Below are positions 11,678-21,479 of a DNA stretch of 64,000 nucleotides, piece by piece. Origin of the DNA: an uncultured Actinomycetes bacterium (lineage in GTDB: Bacteria > Actinomycetota > Thermoleophilia > UBA2241). Location of the stretch: contig CAWCWZ010000060.1 in the NCBI GenBank assembly GCA_963799395.1, positions 3,321 through 67,320 of the forward strand. The letters run 5' to 3'. The notes under the pieces are model-generated. The model saw only the letters and a list, made by a program, of their open reading frames with translations. It did no database searches and was not told where the DNA came from. The position numbers and the translations under genes were made by a program. How positions within the stretch are numbered: the first letter of the stretch is position 1; every line of letters begins with the position of its first letter.

Positions 11678-12301
11678 GTGCCACGCCGCCGGCCGGCCGA
11701 CTCGCGCCGCCTCGTCCGCCGTTTGCTTCCGGCGCTCGCCGCCGTCCTCGCGCTGGTCGTGCTGCCAACGGCCGTCACCGCGTCCGGCTGCGGCGGTAGC
11801 ACGACGGTCGGCGTCGCGCACTACGCCAATGCCCGGTACCGGTTCTCACTCGACGTCGACCGGCGCCTCACCGAGTGGCGCACGGCGACCACCGCGAGCG
11901 GCGCCGCCTTCGAGGTCTCCTTCGTCGATGCCGCCGTCACCGCCGCCGCCGGCCGCCATCCCGACGCGCTGACGGTGTCGGTGGTCGACACCGGCACAAA
12001 CCCGTCGAGCGAGGAGGCCGCCCAGCTCGCCGCCTCGCTGCGCACGCTGGGCGCCGCCATGGTGACCCGGATGGGGGCCGACACCCTGGCGGGCACCGTG
12101 ACGGACGTGTCGCTGAACGGGCTTTCCGGTGTCGTCGTGCCGTTCGGTGTGACGGCCGCGGGCGTGAGGCAGGTCGGCTGGCTCTACCTGCTGGCCGCCG
12201 GCGGGCGCGTCTACGCGCTCACCGCCGCCGCGACCGCCGACCAGTGGGAGACCTACCGACCGCTGTTCACGAGCGCCATCGACTCGTTCCGGGTGGGCTG
12301 A
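11678..12301 (+). CDS. Putative secreted lipoprotein
   Basis: GTG start. Signal peptide with lipobox-like TASGC. No recognisable domain. Confidence 0.45.
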   Translation: MPRRRPADSRRLVRRLLPALAAVLALVVLPTAVTASGCGGSTTVGVAHYANARYRFSLDVDRRLTEWRTATTASGAAFEVSFVDAAVTAAAGRHPDALTVSVVDTGTNPSSEEAAQLAASLRTLGAAMVTRMGADTLAGTVTDVSLNGLSGVVVPFGVTAAGVRQVGWLYLLAAGGRVYALTAAATADQWETYRPLFTSAIDSFRVG

Positions 12302-12334
12302 CCGCGCACCGGTGGGTGCACGGCTCGGGTCGCT

Positions 12335-12859
12335 TCAGACCTTGATGCCCAGGCCGCTCGCGGTGAACAGCGGATCGAGCGCCACGCCCTCGGCGGCGAA
12401 GGCCTCGCGACCGCCCTGCTCCCGGTCGACCACGCACAGGACGGCGCGCACGTCGAGGCCGGCGTCACGCAGCACGCGCACCGCCTGCAGCGCCGCGCCC
12501 CCCGAAGTGACAATGTCTTCGACCACGACGACCGGCTGGCCCGCCTCGGCGCGCCCTTCGAGCAGACGCTTCGTGCCATAGTCCTTCTCGCCCTTGCGCA
12601 CGATCACGAACGGCTTGCCGGTCGCAAGCGAGAGCGCCGCGACGAGCGCGACGGCGCCGAGCTCGGGGCCCGCGAGGAGCTCGAACGGTTCGTAGGTGTC
12701 GAGCCTGGCGGCGAGGCCGGCGGCGATGTCGCGCAGCAGGTCGGGGCGCGTCTCGAACAGGTACTTGTCGAGGTAGAAGGAGCTGCGCGCGCCCGAACGC
12801 AGGACGAAGTCGCCCTCGAGGTAGCTGGCGGCAAGCAGCCGGTCGCCGAGATCGGTCAC
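12335..12859 (-). CDS. pyrE: Orotate phosphoribosyltransferase
   Basis: 174 aa ORF with the type I PRTase PRPP-binding motif (VVVVEDIVTSGG). Confidence 0.85.
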   Translation of the reverse strand: MTDLGDRLLAASYLEGDFVLRSGARSSFYLDKYLFETRPDLLRDIAAGLAARLDTYEPFELLAGPELGAVALVAALSLATGKPFVIVRKGEKDYGTKRLLEGRAEAGQPVVVVEDIVTSGGAALQAVRVLRDAGLDVRAVLCVVDREQGGREAFAAEGVALDPLFTASGLGIKV

Positions 12860-12928
12860 GTCGTCTCCCCCTGTACCGTTGCGCCTGAGCCGGCGTACCG
12901 GCGGCGCCTCACCTGAAGGGCGGCGCCG

Positions 12929-14269
12929 TCAGGCGCCGCCGATCGACACTCCCTCTATGGCCACCGACGGCGTGAGGATGCTGCCGCTCGGCACCCAGCG
13001 GGCGTCGTCGCCCAGGGCCACGATGCTGCGCAGCATCGAGACGATGTCGCCGGCCATCGTGACCTCGCGGACCGGCCGGCCGACCCGGCCCGCCTCGATG
13101 AGCAGCCCGCTGATGCCGACCGAGAACTCACCCGAGACCGGGTTGGCCCCCGAGTGGATGCCGATGGCGTTGGTCACGAGCACGCCGTGGTCGATCGCGC
13201 CGATCAGCCGGTCGATGGGCACCTGCGGTCCCGACAGCACGAGGTTGGTCGGACCGACGCCGGGGATCGCCTGATACGAGCCCCGCACGCCGTTACCGGT
13301 CGACTCGCGGCCGTCGCGGTGACCGGTCTTGACGTTGTGAAGGAATCCCTGCAGGACGCCGTCCGAGATGAGCGGCGTGCGCCGGCAGGGGACGCCCTCG
13401 CCGTCGAACGGCGCGCTCGCGAGACCGTCGGGGTGGATGCCGTCGTCGGTCAGCGTAACGCCCTGTCCCGCGACCTGCTCGCCGATGCGCCCGGCAAACA
13501 GCGAGCGGCCCTTCTGGACGGCTTCGGCGGTGAGCGCCGACGAGAGCACGCCGAAGAACGACGCCGCCACGAACGGGTCGAGCACGACCGTCGTCTTCGT
13601 GGTCTTCGGCTTGGTCGCCCCGAGGAGCTCGACCGCGCGCGTCGCCGCCTCGACCCCGCAGCGCTGCGGGTCGAGGTCGGCCGGCTTGCGGCCCACGGTG
13701 AACGACAGGCCGGTCTCGATCTGGCCGTCCTGCTCGCCCAGCACGTAGGCGTAGGCGTAGCAGTGGCCCTCGCGGAAGCGGCCGTGCACGCCGCCGGAGT
13801 TCGCGATGAACACCTGGGTGTCGCCGTCGGCGTAGACCGCCTCGTCGACCGACTTGACGCGCGGGTCGGCGGCCAGGGCCGCAGCCTCGACGGCGAGGGC
13901 CAGATCGATGCGCTGTTCGTCTGAAGCCTGCTCGAGCCCGAGGTCGAACACGGTGACCGTCGCCGGCTCGTCGCGCGGCGCCGGCAGCACCGAGTCGGGG
14001 TCGTCGTCGGCGACCCGGGCGTTGGCGACGGCCGTGTCGACGGTCTCGGCGAGCGACGCGTCGGAGAGATCGGAGGTGTAGGCGTAGCCCACCGAACCGC
14101 CGCGAAACACGCGCAGACCGACGCCCTTGCGCTGCGCCGAGGTGAGCTCCTCGACCGCCCCGCGAAAGACCTTGACGCGACGCGTCACGCTCTGCTCGGC
14201 GTACACCTCGGCCGCCGCGGCCCCACGGGCCAGGGCGAGCTCGAGCAGCCTGTCGACGGCGTCGATCAT
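12929..14269 (-). CDS. pmbA: Metalloprotease PmbA/TldE
   Basis: TldD/PmbA family homology from MIDAVDRLLELA onward. Its ATG overlaps the tldD stop as ATGA. The Arg-rich 175 aa upstream in the track are read-through. Confidence 0.85.
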   Translation of the reverse strand: MIDAVDRLLELALARGAAAAEVYAEQSVTRRVKVFRGAVEELTSAQRKGVGLRVFRGGSVGYAYTSDLSDASLAETVDTAVANARVADDDPDSVLPAPRDEPATVTVFDLGLEQASDEQRIDLALAVEAAALAADPRVKSVDEAVYADGDTQVFIANSGGVHGRFREGHCYAYAYVLGEQDGQIETGLSFTVGRKPADLDPQRCGVEAATRAVELLGATKPKTTKTTVVLDPFVAASFFGVLSSALTAEAVQKGRSLFAGRIGEQVAGQGVTLTDDGIHPDGLASAPFDGEGVPCRRTPLISDGVLQGFLHNVKTGHRDGRESTGNGVRGSYQAIPGVGPTNLVLSGPQVPIDRLIGAIDHGVLVTNAIGIHSGANPVSGEFSVGISGLLIEAGRVGRPVREVTMAGDIVSMLRSIVALGDDARWVPSGSILTPSVAIEGVSIGGA

Positions 14270-15669
14270 CAGCCCGTGCCGCCCACCGTCATGGCGGCGA
14301 TGCGCAGTGTGGCCTGGCCGGTGCCCACGGGTACGCTCTGGCCGTCCTTGCCACAGATGCCCGACTTCACCTCGAAGTCGGAGGCGATCATGTCGATGCT
14401 CTTGAGCACGTCGATGCCGTTGCCCACGAGCGTGGCGCCGCGCAGCGGCGCCGTGACGCGGCCGTGCTCGATGAGGTAGCCCTCGGCCACCCCGAAGACG
14501 AAGTTGCCGCTCGCCGGCTCGACCTGCCCGCCGGCCAGCGTCTTGGCGTAGAAACCGCGTTCGGTGGCGGCGATGATCTCGTCGGCGGTCGCCTCGCCGG
14601 GGGCGATGCAGGTGGTCGTCATGCGCGGGATGGGCACGTGACGGAACGACTGCCGGCGGCCGTTGCCCGTTTGGGCGACGCCTTCCTCGCGGGCCCGCAG
14701 GCCGTCGTAGAGAAAGCCGCGCAGGCGGCCGTCTTCGATCACGACGGTCTTCTGCGTGGGCGCGCCTTCGTCGTCGACCGCCGCCGAGCCCCACTCGCCG
14801 GCGATGCTGCCGTCGTCGTAGGCATTGACGATGGCCGAGGCCACGACGTCGCCGACCTTGTCCTCGTAGATGCTGGAACCCTTGGCGATGCCGTCGGCTT
14901 CGAGGCCGTGGCCGCAGGCTTCGTGGAACAGCGTGCCGCCGAAGCCGTTGCCCATGACCACCGCCATCGGACCGGTCGGCGCCGGGCGCGCGTCGAGCAT
15001 GGTGACGGCCTTGCCGGCGGCGGCGCGCGCCATGGCCTGGGCGATCTCCTCGTCTAAGATCTCGAAGCCCAGGCTCTTGCCGAGACTCTCGTAGCCGGTC
15101 TGGATGACGCCGTCGCGACGCGCCACGGCGCTCACCGTGAACCGCACCCGCGTACGGTCGTCGGTGACCAGGGCGCCCAGCGAGTTGGCGACCAGCAGCC
15201 GCTGACGGCTTTCGAGGTAGCCGGCGCTGACCTGGCTGACGGCGGGACTCGCGCCGCGGGCCGCCTCGTCGGCGGCCCGCAACAGCCCCGCCTTGACGTC
15301 GGTGGCCACCGAGGCGGGCGGCAGCGCCACGACGGCCGTGCCGGCCGCCTCGCGCAGGGCGCCGAGATCGACCACCTGGGCGCCTCCCGCGGCGCCGCGC
15401 AGCGCCGCCGAGACGGCGTCGGCGGCGCGCTGCAGGTCGGCTTCGGAGACGTCGTCGGAGTACGAGTAGTAGGTGCGGTCGCCGCTCGTGAGCCGCACCC
15501 CGAAGCCCGACTCGCGGCCGCCGGCCGCGCGCTCGACGCGCCGGTCCTCGAGCGAGAGTCCGAGCGAGCGGCGGTCTTCGACGTAGACCTCGGCGAAGTC
15601 GCCGCCGTGGCGCAGGGCGCGGCGGATGGTGGCGTCGAGCAGGTCAGCGGTGAGGTCGTCGAGCTGCAT
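14269..15669 (-). CDS. tldD: Metalloprotease TldD
   Basis: 466 aa ORF with TldD family homology along its length. It forms an operon with pmbA. Confidence 0.85.
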   Translation of the reverse strand: MQLDDLTADLLDATIRRALRHGGDFAEVYVEDRRSLGLSLEDRRVERAAGGRESGFGVRLTSGDRTYYSYSDDVSEADLQRAADAVSAALRGAAGGAQVVDLGALREAAGTAVVALPPASVATDVKAGLLRAADEAARGASPAVSQVSAGYLESRQRLLVANSLGALVTDDRTRVRFTVSAVARRDGVIQTGYESLGKSLGFEILDEEIAQAMARAAAGKAVTMLDARPAPTGPMAVVMGNGFGGTLFHEACGHGLEADGIAKGSSIYEDKVGDVVASAIVNAYDDGSIAGEWGSAAVDDEGAPTQKTVVIEDGRLRGFLYDGLRAREEGVAQTGNGRRQSFRHVPIPRMTTTCIAPGEATADEIIAATERGFYAKTLAGGQVEPASGNFVFGVAEGYLIEHGRVTAPLRGATLVGNGIDVLKSIDMIASDFEVKSGICGKDGQSVPVGTGQATLRIAAMTVGGTG

Positions 15670-15769
15670 CAGATGGTGGTTCCCCGCTCTCGAGGGTCAG
15701 GCAAACGCAAGGTACTGTACCACGCGGGGCGACAACGCGAGAACGACGAAGAGAAACCGCGCGGAGCGG

Positions 15770-16519
15770 TCAGCCGAACACGATCCTCAGGCGGCAGCGG
15801 TCGTCGCCCCGGCTGATCGCCGACGAGGCCTCGATGGCGGCCTCGCCGCCGGCGCCGGCGAGTCGCTCGATGAAGCCCTCGAGAAAGGCGCGGTGCATGA
15901 CGCAGACGAGGTCGGGCTGGGCCGACGACAGCTCCTTGAAGACGCAGTTGCGCACATCGAGGGCGAGCGTGGACCGCTCCCAGCTCACCTCGGGCAGCAT
16001 GCCCACCTCGTCGCCGATCTCGCGGATGGCCTGGACCAGCTCGTCGCGTCCCAGGCGACCGCTCTCGGGATGTCCGGCGACGTACGCCCGGGCCGCTTCG
16101 GCGCCCGACTCACGGCAGGTGGCGGCTACTCTGTCGAGGTCGCCGGTCTCGGCCAGCGCCTTGAGCGCGAGGTCGGACAGCAGGTCGTAGCGCCGCGGCG
16201 GCATCGACAGCGAGGCGACCTTGTCGCTCAGGCTATAGAGGCGCGCCGGACGCCCGCCCGAGGCGCCCTTGCGCAGCGAGGTGGCCAGCAGGCCGGCCTG
16301 TTCGAGCTTCGTGAGATGCATGCGGGCCACGTTGGGGTGCAGCCCGAAGCGCTCGGCGATGTCGGCGACGGTGACCGCATCTACCGGTCGTTCGACGATC
16401 GACCGGTAGATGCGAAAGCGGGTGCCGTCGGCGAGGACGGCGGTGAGCCTGTGCTCCTGGTCCACGAAAGTCCCTTCGCTCGTGGCGCCCATCGTAACCG
16501 AACCGGGCACCGGTAACAA
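15770..16519 (-). CDS. Winged helix-turn-helix transcriptional regulator (ArsR-like N-terminus)
   Basis: HTH segment VTVADIAERFGLHPNVARMHLTKLEQAGLL. C-terminal domain of unknown function. Exact start uncertain. Confidence 0.5.
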   Translation of the reverse strand: MLPVPGSVTMGATSEGTFVDQEHRLTAVLADGTRFRIYRSIVERPVDAVTVADIAERFGLHPNVARMHLTKLEQAGLLATSLRKGASGGRPARLYSLSDKVASLSMPPRRYDLLSDLALKALAETGDLDRVAATCRESGAEAARAYVAGHPESGRLGRDELVQAIREIGDEVGMLPEVSWERSTLALDVRNCVFKELSSAQPDLVCVMHRAFLEGFIERLAGAGGEAAIEASSAISRGDDRCRLRIVFG

Positions 16520-16726
16520 CGCTCGCGATAGTGGGAATCGGCGGCGAAACGGCCGCCGCCGGCGCTCTTGCTATCGGCAGGTCGACCCGGTGCGCTAGAC
16601 TGCCCCGGACGTCGGACCGGTCCACCACGCGGCAAGGTCGGTCCGAACCGCGAACCGGTCCGCGACGCCAAGGAGAGTGCGCCCCATGATCGACCCCGCC
16701 CGCCGGCCCTCGCGGCCGCGACGCCG

Positions 16727-17575
16727 ATGACCATCCTTCAGGCCCTGATCCTGGGCATCGTTCAGGGCCTCACCGAGTTCCTGCCCATCTCCAGCTCGGG
16801 CCACCTGATCCTCGTGCCCTGGCTGTTCGGCTGGAACTTCTTCCAGCTCCACCCCGACCTCAACAAGACCTTCGACGTCGCCTTGCACCTCGGCACCTTC
16901 ATCGCCGCCCTCGTCTACTTCTGGCGCCAGATCGTGGTCATCCTGCGGGCCTGGGTGGTCAGCCTGCGCAAGCGCCGCGTCGAGACCGCGGACGAGCGCC
17001 TCGCCTGGCTGCTGCTGATCAGCACCGTCCCGGCCGGCCTGGTCGGCGTCGCCTTCGAAAGCTTCGTCGAGGACCAGCTCGGCAAGCCCTACCTGATCTG
17101 TATCATGATGTTCGCCTTCGCCCTCGTCATGCTGCTGGCCGACCGTACGGCACGCCTGAACAAGACCATGACCGACATGCGCTGGCCGGGCGCCCTGGGC
17201 ATAGGCGTCGCCCAGGCGATCGCCCTCTCGCCGGGCGTCTCGCGCTCGGGCATCACCATGGTCACCGGCCTGTTCATGGGCCTCGACCGCGAATCGACCG
17301 CACGCTACTCGTTCCTGCTGTCGGTGCCCGTGGTCGGCGGCGCCGCCCTGCTCAAGCTGGCCCAGCTCGCCAAGGACGGCATGCCGCCGCACATGGCGCA
17401 GCCCTTCCTCGTGGGCACCGTCGCCGCCGCCGTGAGCGGCCTGGCCGCCATCTGGTTCCTGATCAGCTACCTGCGCACGCACACCTTCACCATCTTCATC
17501 GTGTACCGTCTGGCGGTGGCGACCGCGCTCCTCATCGTCATCGCCACCGGCTTCCGGCACGCCACGGGGATCTGA
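16727..17575 (+). CDS. uppP: Undecaprenyl-diphosphatase
   Basis: ATG at 16727 followed by MTILQALILGIVQGLTEFLPISSSGHL. BacA family, 8 TM helices. Confidence 0.9.
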   Translation: MTILQALILGIVQGLTEFLPISSSGHLILVPWLFGWNFFQLHPDLNKTFDVALHLGTFIAALVYFWRQIVVILRAWVVSLRKRRVETADERLAWLLLISTVPAGLVGVAFESFVEDQLGKPYLICIMMFAFALVMLLADRTARLNKTMTDMRWPGALGIGVAQAIALSPGVSRSGITMVTGLFMGLDRESTARYSFLLSVPVVGGAALLKLAQLAKDGMPPHMAQPFLVGTVAAAVSGLAAIWFLISYLRTHTFTIFIVYRLAVATALLIVIATGFRHATGI

Positions 17576-17580
17576 CGAAG

Positions 17581-17623
17581 CGGCGGGCGGCGGCCGGCCG
17601 GATGGCCGGCCGCCGCCCGCCGC
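17581..17623. terminator. GC-rich perfect hairpin downstream of uppP
   Basis: cggcgggcggcggccggcc / ggccggccgccgcccgccg inverted repeat (about 19 bp stem). No U-tract. Confidence 0.45.
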
Positions 17624-17697
17624 CGCCCGCCGTCCGCTTGCTATACTTTGGCGGCCCGACGGGCAGAACCGCGGCGTGAACGAAAGCGACGACCCTC

Positions 17698-18765
17698 ATG
17701 CGTACACTGACTCTCGGCGATCGCGGCAAAGAAGTCTCCGACGTGCAGCAGCGGTTGCACGGGCTCGGCTACGAGCTCGGCAACGAAGGTCTCGACGGCT
17801 TTCTCGGACCGCGCAGCCAGCTCGCCCTCAGGGCGTTCCAGCAGGAACGCGGGCTGCTCGTCGACGGCATCCTCGGACCCAACACCTGGCACGAGCTGGT
17901 CGAGGCCGGCTACGCGCTCGGCGACCGCCTGCTGTACCTGCGCGTCCCCTACTTTCGCGGCGACGACGTGCTGGCGCTGCAGGTCAAGCTCAACCTCCTG
18001 GGATTCAACGCCGGCCGCGAACGCGGCATCTTCGACACCGCGGTCGAGCGGGCCCTGATCGACTTTCAGCGCAATGCCGGTCTGCCGTCCGACGGCATCG
18101 TCGGCGACGACACCCTGCGCAAGCTCGACGCCCTGCGCAAGGCCGAATCGGGCCGCGAAGGCAAGAAGATCCCCGACCGCGACGAGGGCTTTGTCCACGA
18201 CACGAGCCTCGCCGGCACGGTCGTGCTCATCGACCCCGGCCACGGCGGCCAGGACGTCGGCGTGGTCTCGCCCTCGGGCCGCAAAGAGAAGGACCTGACG
18301 CTCGCCGCCGGCCTGCGTCTCGCCGAGATGTTGCGGGCCGAGGGCAGCCGGGTCGTCATGACCCGCGAGACCGACCAGACCGTGCCGCTCTACGTGCGCA
18401 CCGACGCCGCCGAGACGGCGGCCGCCGACTACGTCGTCTCGCTGCACTTCAACGGCCACCACAACCCCGCGGCGGCCGGCGCCGTGGGCTACTTCTTCCA
18501 GCGCAGCCACTACTACTCCGAACACGGGGCGCGCCTGTCCGACTACATCGGCGCCGAGATCGGCCGGCTCTCCAGCGCCGGCTTCGTCGGCAGCCTCGGG
18601 CGCAACTTCGCCGTGCTGCGCGAGCCGACCGGCATAGCGGTCATGCTCGAGCCGCTCTTTCTGACCAATCCCGCCGACGACGCCCGCGCCGGCCGCGCCG
18701 ACTACGTCGAGCTCCTCGCGCGGGCCGTGGTCGCCGGCTTCTCACGCTACCTGGCTCGCGCCTAG
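17698..18765 (+). CDS. N-acetylmuramoyl-L-alanine amidase (Amidase_3) with two PG_binding_1 domains
   Basis: Two peptidoglycan-binding repeats (LxxxGYxxGxxDGxFGxxTxxAVxxFQ) followed by an Amidase_3 catalytic domain (VLIDPGHGG...LHFN). Ends in TAG. Confidence 0.8.
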   Translation: MRTLTLGDRGKEVSDVQQRLHGLGYELGNEGLDGFLGPRSQLALRAFQQERGLLVDGILGPNTWHELVEAGYALGDRLLYLRVPYFRGDDVLALQVKLNLLGFNAGRERGIFDTAVERALIDFQRNAGLPSDGIVGDDTLRKLDALRKAESGREGKKIPDRDEGFVHDTSLAGTVVLIDPGHGGQDVGVVSPSGRKEKDLTLAAGLRLAEMLRAEGSRVVMTRETDQTVPLYVRTDAAETAAADYVVSLHFNGHHNPAAAGAVGYFFQRSHYYSEHGARLSDYIGAEIGRLSSAGFVGSLGRNFAVLREPTGIAVMLEPLFLTNPADDARAGRADYVELLARAVVAGFSRYLARA

Positions 18766-18777
18766 GGACGACGCGCC

Positions 18778-19638
18778 GTGAGCACCCCACCCGAACCGGC
18801 GTCGACGGCCGGCTTTACCGCGACCCAGCGACAGCGCCTGCACGAGCTGGGCGCCACCGCCGCGGCAAGCGACGAGACCTTCGCCGGCGCGGCCGCCCGC
18901 GACGCGGCCTTCCTGCTCCTCGAGACAGAGCTCGCCGGCGCCGGCCGGGCGGCGCTCGACGCCCTGCGCGCCGGTGCGCGCCTGCCAGCGCTGCGCCGTC
19001 TCGAGGAGTCCCTGCGCGCCGCCCTCACCGGGGCCGGTCTGGTCGAGGTCGTGACCCCGGCCATCGTCGGCGGCGACGCCCTGCGCAAGATGGGCGTCGA
19101 ACCCGGTAGCGAGATGGGCGAGCAGGTCTTTCGCCTCGACGGCGACCGCTGCCTGCGGCCGATGCTCGCCCCCAACCTCTACACGCTGCTGCGCCGCCTC
19201 GCGCGCATCTGGAAGCAGCCCTTCGCGATCTACGAGATCGGCTCGTGCTTCCGGCGCGACACGAAGGGCAGCCGGCACCTGAACGAATTCACCATGCTCA
19301 ACCTGGTCGAGCTCGGCACGCCGCTCGAGCGCCGCGACGAGCGTCTGCGCGAACTGGCCGCCGTCGTGCTCGCGGCCGCCGGCGTGACCGGCTACGAGTT
19401 CACGCGCAAGCGCTCCGAGGTCTACGGCGACGAGCTCGACGTGGTCGTCGGCGGCCTCGAAGTCTGTTCCACGGCGCTCGGACCGCACCCGTTAGACGAC
19501 GCCTGGGCGATCACCGACCCGTGGGTCGGTCTGGGCTTTGGTCTCGAGCGCCTGCTCGTCGCCCGCGACGGCCTGGCCGGTATAGAGCGCGTGGGGCGCA
19601 GCCTGCGGTACCTGGACGGGGTGCGCCTGCAGCTGTAG
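18778..19638 (+). CDS. pylSc: Pyrrolysyl-tRNA synthetase, C-terminal catalytic subunit (split PylS)
   Basis: Class II aaRS core with PylS-specific blocks (CLRPMLAPNLY, HLNEFTMLNL, DPWVGLGFGLERLL, SLRYLDGVRLQL). Closely resembles Desulfitobacterium PylSc. GTG start, TAG stop. Confidence 0.85.
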   Translation: MSTPPEPASTAGFTATQRQRLHELGATAAASDETFAGAAARDAAFLLLETELAGAGRAALDALRAGARLPALRRLEESLRAALTGAGLVEVVTPAIVGGDALRKMGVEPGSEMGEQVFRLDGDRCLRPMLAPNLYTLLRRLARIWKQPFAIYEIGSCFRRDTKGSRHLNEFTMLNLVELGTPLERRDERLRELAAVVLAAAGVTGYEFTRKRSEVYGDELDVVVGGLEVCSTALGPHPLDDAWAITDPWVGLGFGLERLLVARDGLAGIERVGRSLRYLDGVRLQL

Positions 19639-19640
19639 CG

Positions 19641-19683
19641 CGCGAGGGGCGGGGTGAGGCTCCGCCTCACCCCGCCCCTCGCG
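19641..19683. terminator. Perfect 20-bp-stem hairpin between convergent pylSc and corrinoid-protein genes
   Basis: cgcgaggggcggggtgaggc-tcc-gcctcaccccgcccctcgcg. Probable bidirectional terminator without a U-tract. Confidence 0.6.
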
Positions 19684-19687
19684 CCGG

Positions 19688-20329
19688 CTACCTGCCCAGC
19701 AGGGCGTCGATCTTCTTGACGCCGTCGGCGGCGTCTTCGGCGTAGGCGTCGGCGCCGATCTGGTCGGCCCAGCGCTGGGTGCAGGGGGCGCCGCCGACCA
19801 CCGTCTTGAAGGGCAGGCCCTCGGCGCGGATGGCGGCGATCACCTTCTTCTGCTCCTCCATGGTGGTGGTGAGCAGGGCGCTCATGCCGATGACGTCGGC
19901 CTGCTCTTCCTTGGCCCGGGCGATGAAGGTGGCGGCCGGCACGTCGCGGCCGCAGTCGGTGACGGCGTAGCCGTGGGCCTTTAAGTAGGCGATGACGATG
20001 GCCTTGCCGATGTCGTGGACGTCGCCCTGCACGGTGCCGACGATGACGGTGCCCTTCTTCTCGCCCTCGCCGCCCACCAGGGCGGCGTTGCAGACCCTCG
20101 TGGCGGCGTCCATCGCCTGGGCGGCCAGCATGAGCTCGGGCAGAAAGACCTCGCCCGACTCGAAGGCGTCGCCGATCTGGCTGATGCCGACGACAAAGCC
20201 CTGGTTGATGATCTCGCCGGGGGCCATGCCGGCAGCGAGGGCGCGCGTGGCGACGTCCTCGGCGGCGGCGGCGTCGAAGTTGACGATCGCAGCGATCGCC
20301 TCTTGGATGAGCTCGTCTTTGTTGGCCAT
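19688..20329 (-). CDS. Methyltransferase cognate corrinoid protein (MtmC/MtbC/MttC family)
   Basis: ATG at 20329 with GAGGAGG upstream. B12-binding DxHxxG motif (DVHDIGK) and an N-terminal cap helix domain typical of methylamine corrinoid proteins. Confidence 0.8.
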   Translation of the reverse strand: MANKDELIQEAIAAIVNFDAAAAEDVATRALAAGMAPGEIINQGFVVGISQIGDAFESGEVFLPELMLAAQAMDAATRVCNAALVGGEGEKKGTVIVGTVQGDVHDIGKAIVIAYLKAHGYAVTDCGRDVPAATFIARAKEEQADVIGMSALLTTTMEEQKKVIAAIRAEGLPFKTVVGGAPCTQRWADQIGADAYAEDAADGVKKIDALLGR

Positions 20330-20547
20330 AGCGTGTGACTCCTCCTCGAAAAGTCGTGCCGTCCACTCGCGTGTCGTAGGGCGAAGTGAGTCGCGTCGCC
20401 GGCTCCGTCGCACGAGAGTCTCCTGCGGCCGGCAGCCGAACGGCGCCGGGCACAAGTATACAGGACGGCTCAGGCGCAAGCGCGGCTCGCGGCCGACCCG
20501 CCGATCCGGCGCCCCGACGGCGGCGACCCGCTTGATACAATGCGTTC

Positions 20548-21426
20548 ATGCGGTACTACGGCGCCGTCATCCGGCCCCCCAGCGAAGCCTCGAGCCTCAT
20601 CGTGCAGGTCACCTTCGGCTGCTCCAACGCCTCCTGCGACTTCTGCTCGACCTACCTCGACAAGCCCTTCGCGGTGCGGCCGCCCGACGAGGTCGTCGAA
20701 GACGTCACGGGCTTGCCCGACAGCATCAAGGCGCGGGTGCGGCGCGTCTTTCTCGCCGACGGCGACGCGCTCGCGCTGTCGCGCCGCCGGCTCGAGGACG
20801 TGCTCGCCCTCCTGCGCCGCGAGCTGCCCGCGCTCGAGCGGGTGAGCTGCTACGCGAGCGCCCAGAACCTGCTGAAGAAGAGCGCCGACGACCTGCACGC
20901 CATCCGCGAGGCCGGCCTCGAGATGCTCTACCTGGGCCTCGAGTCCGGCGACGACGCGACCCTCGCGGCCATCCACAAGGGAGTGACGGCGGCCGAGCAG
21001 ATCGAGGGTTGCTCCAGGGCGTCGGCGGCCGGCTTTGCCCTGTCGATCACGGCGATCCTCGGGCTGGCCGGCCCCGAGCGCTCGGCGCTGCACGCCACGG
21101 CCACCGGCGAGGCGCTGTCGGCCATCGATCCCCCGTACATCGGGGTGCTCAGCCTCATGGTCGAGCCCGGCACCCGCATCGCCGAGCAGGTGCGCAGCGG
21201 GGAGTTCGTCGTGCCCGACGCGCTCACCATGCTGGCCGAGCTGCGTGGCATGATCGCCGCCACGATCGTGACCGACGCCGTGTTCCGCTCCAACCACGCC
21301 TCGAACTACCTGCCGGTGGGCGGCCGCCTGCCCCACGACAAGGAAGCGATGCTGGCGGCCCTCGACGGCGTGCTGGCGGCGCCCGAGCGGGCTCGCCTCA
21401 AGCCCGAGGAGTGGCGCCTGCTCTAG
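20548..21426 (+). CDS. Radical SAM protein of unknown function
   Basis: N-terminal CSNASCDFC (CxxxCxxC) after RPPSEASSLIVQVTFG. 292 aa. Ends in TAG. Confidence 0.6.
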   Translation: MRYYGAVIRPPSEASSLIVQVTFGCSNASCDFCSTYLDKPFAVRPPDEVVEDVTGLPDSIKARVRRVFLADGDALALSRRRLEDVLALLRRELPALERVSCYASAQNLLKKSADDLHAIREAGLEMLYLGLESGDDATLAAIHKGVTAAEQIEGCSRASAAGFALSITAILGLAGPERSALHATATGEALSAIDPPYIGVLSLMVEPGTRIAEQVRSGEFVVPDALTMLAELRGMIAATIVTDAVFRSNHASNYLPVGGRLPHDKEAMLAALDGVLAAPERARLKPEEWRLL

Positions 21427-21479
21427 GGTCGGCCGCGGGCGCTCCGCGGCGCGGCCGCAAGCGACGACGACACCTGGGG

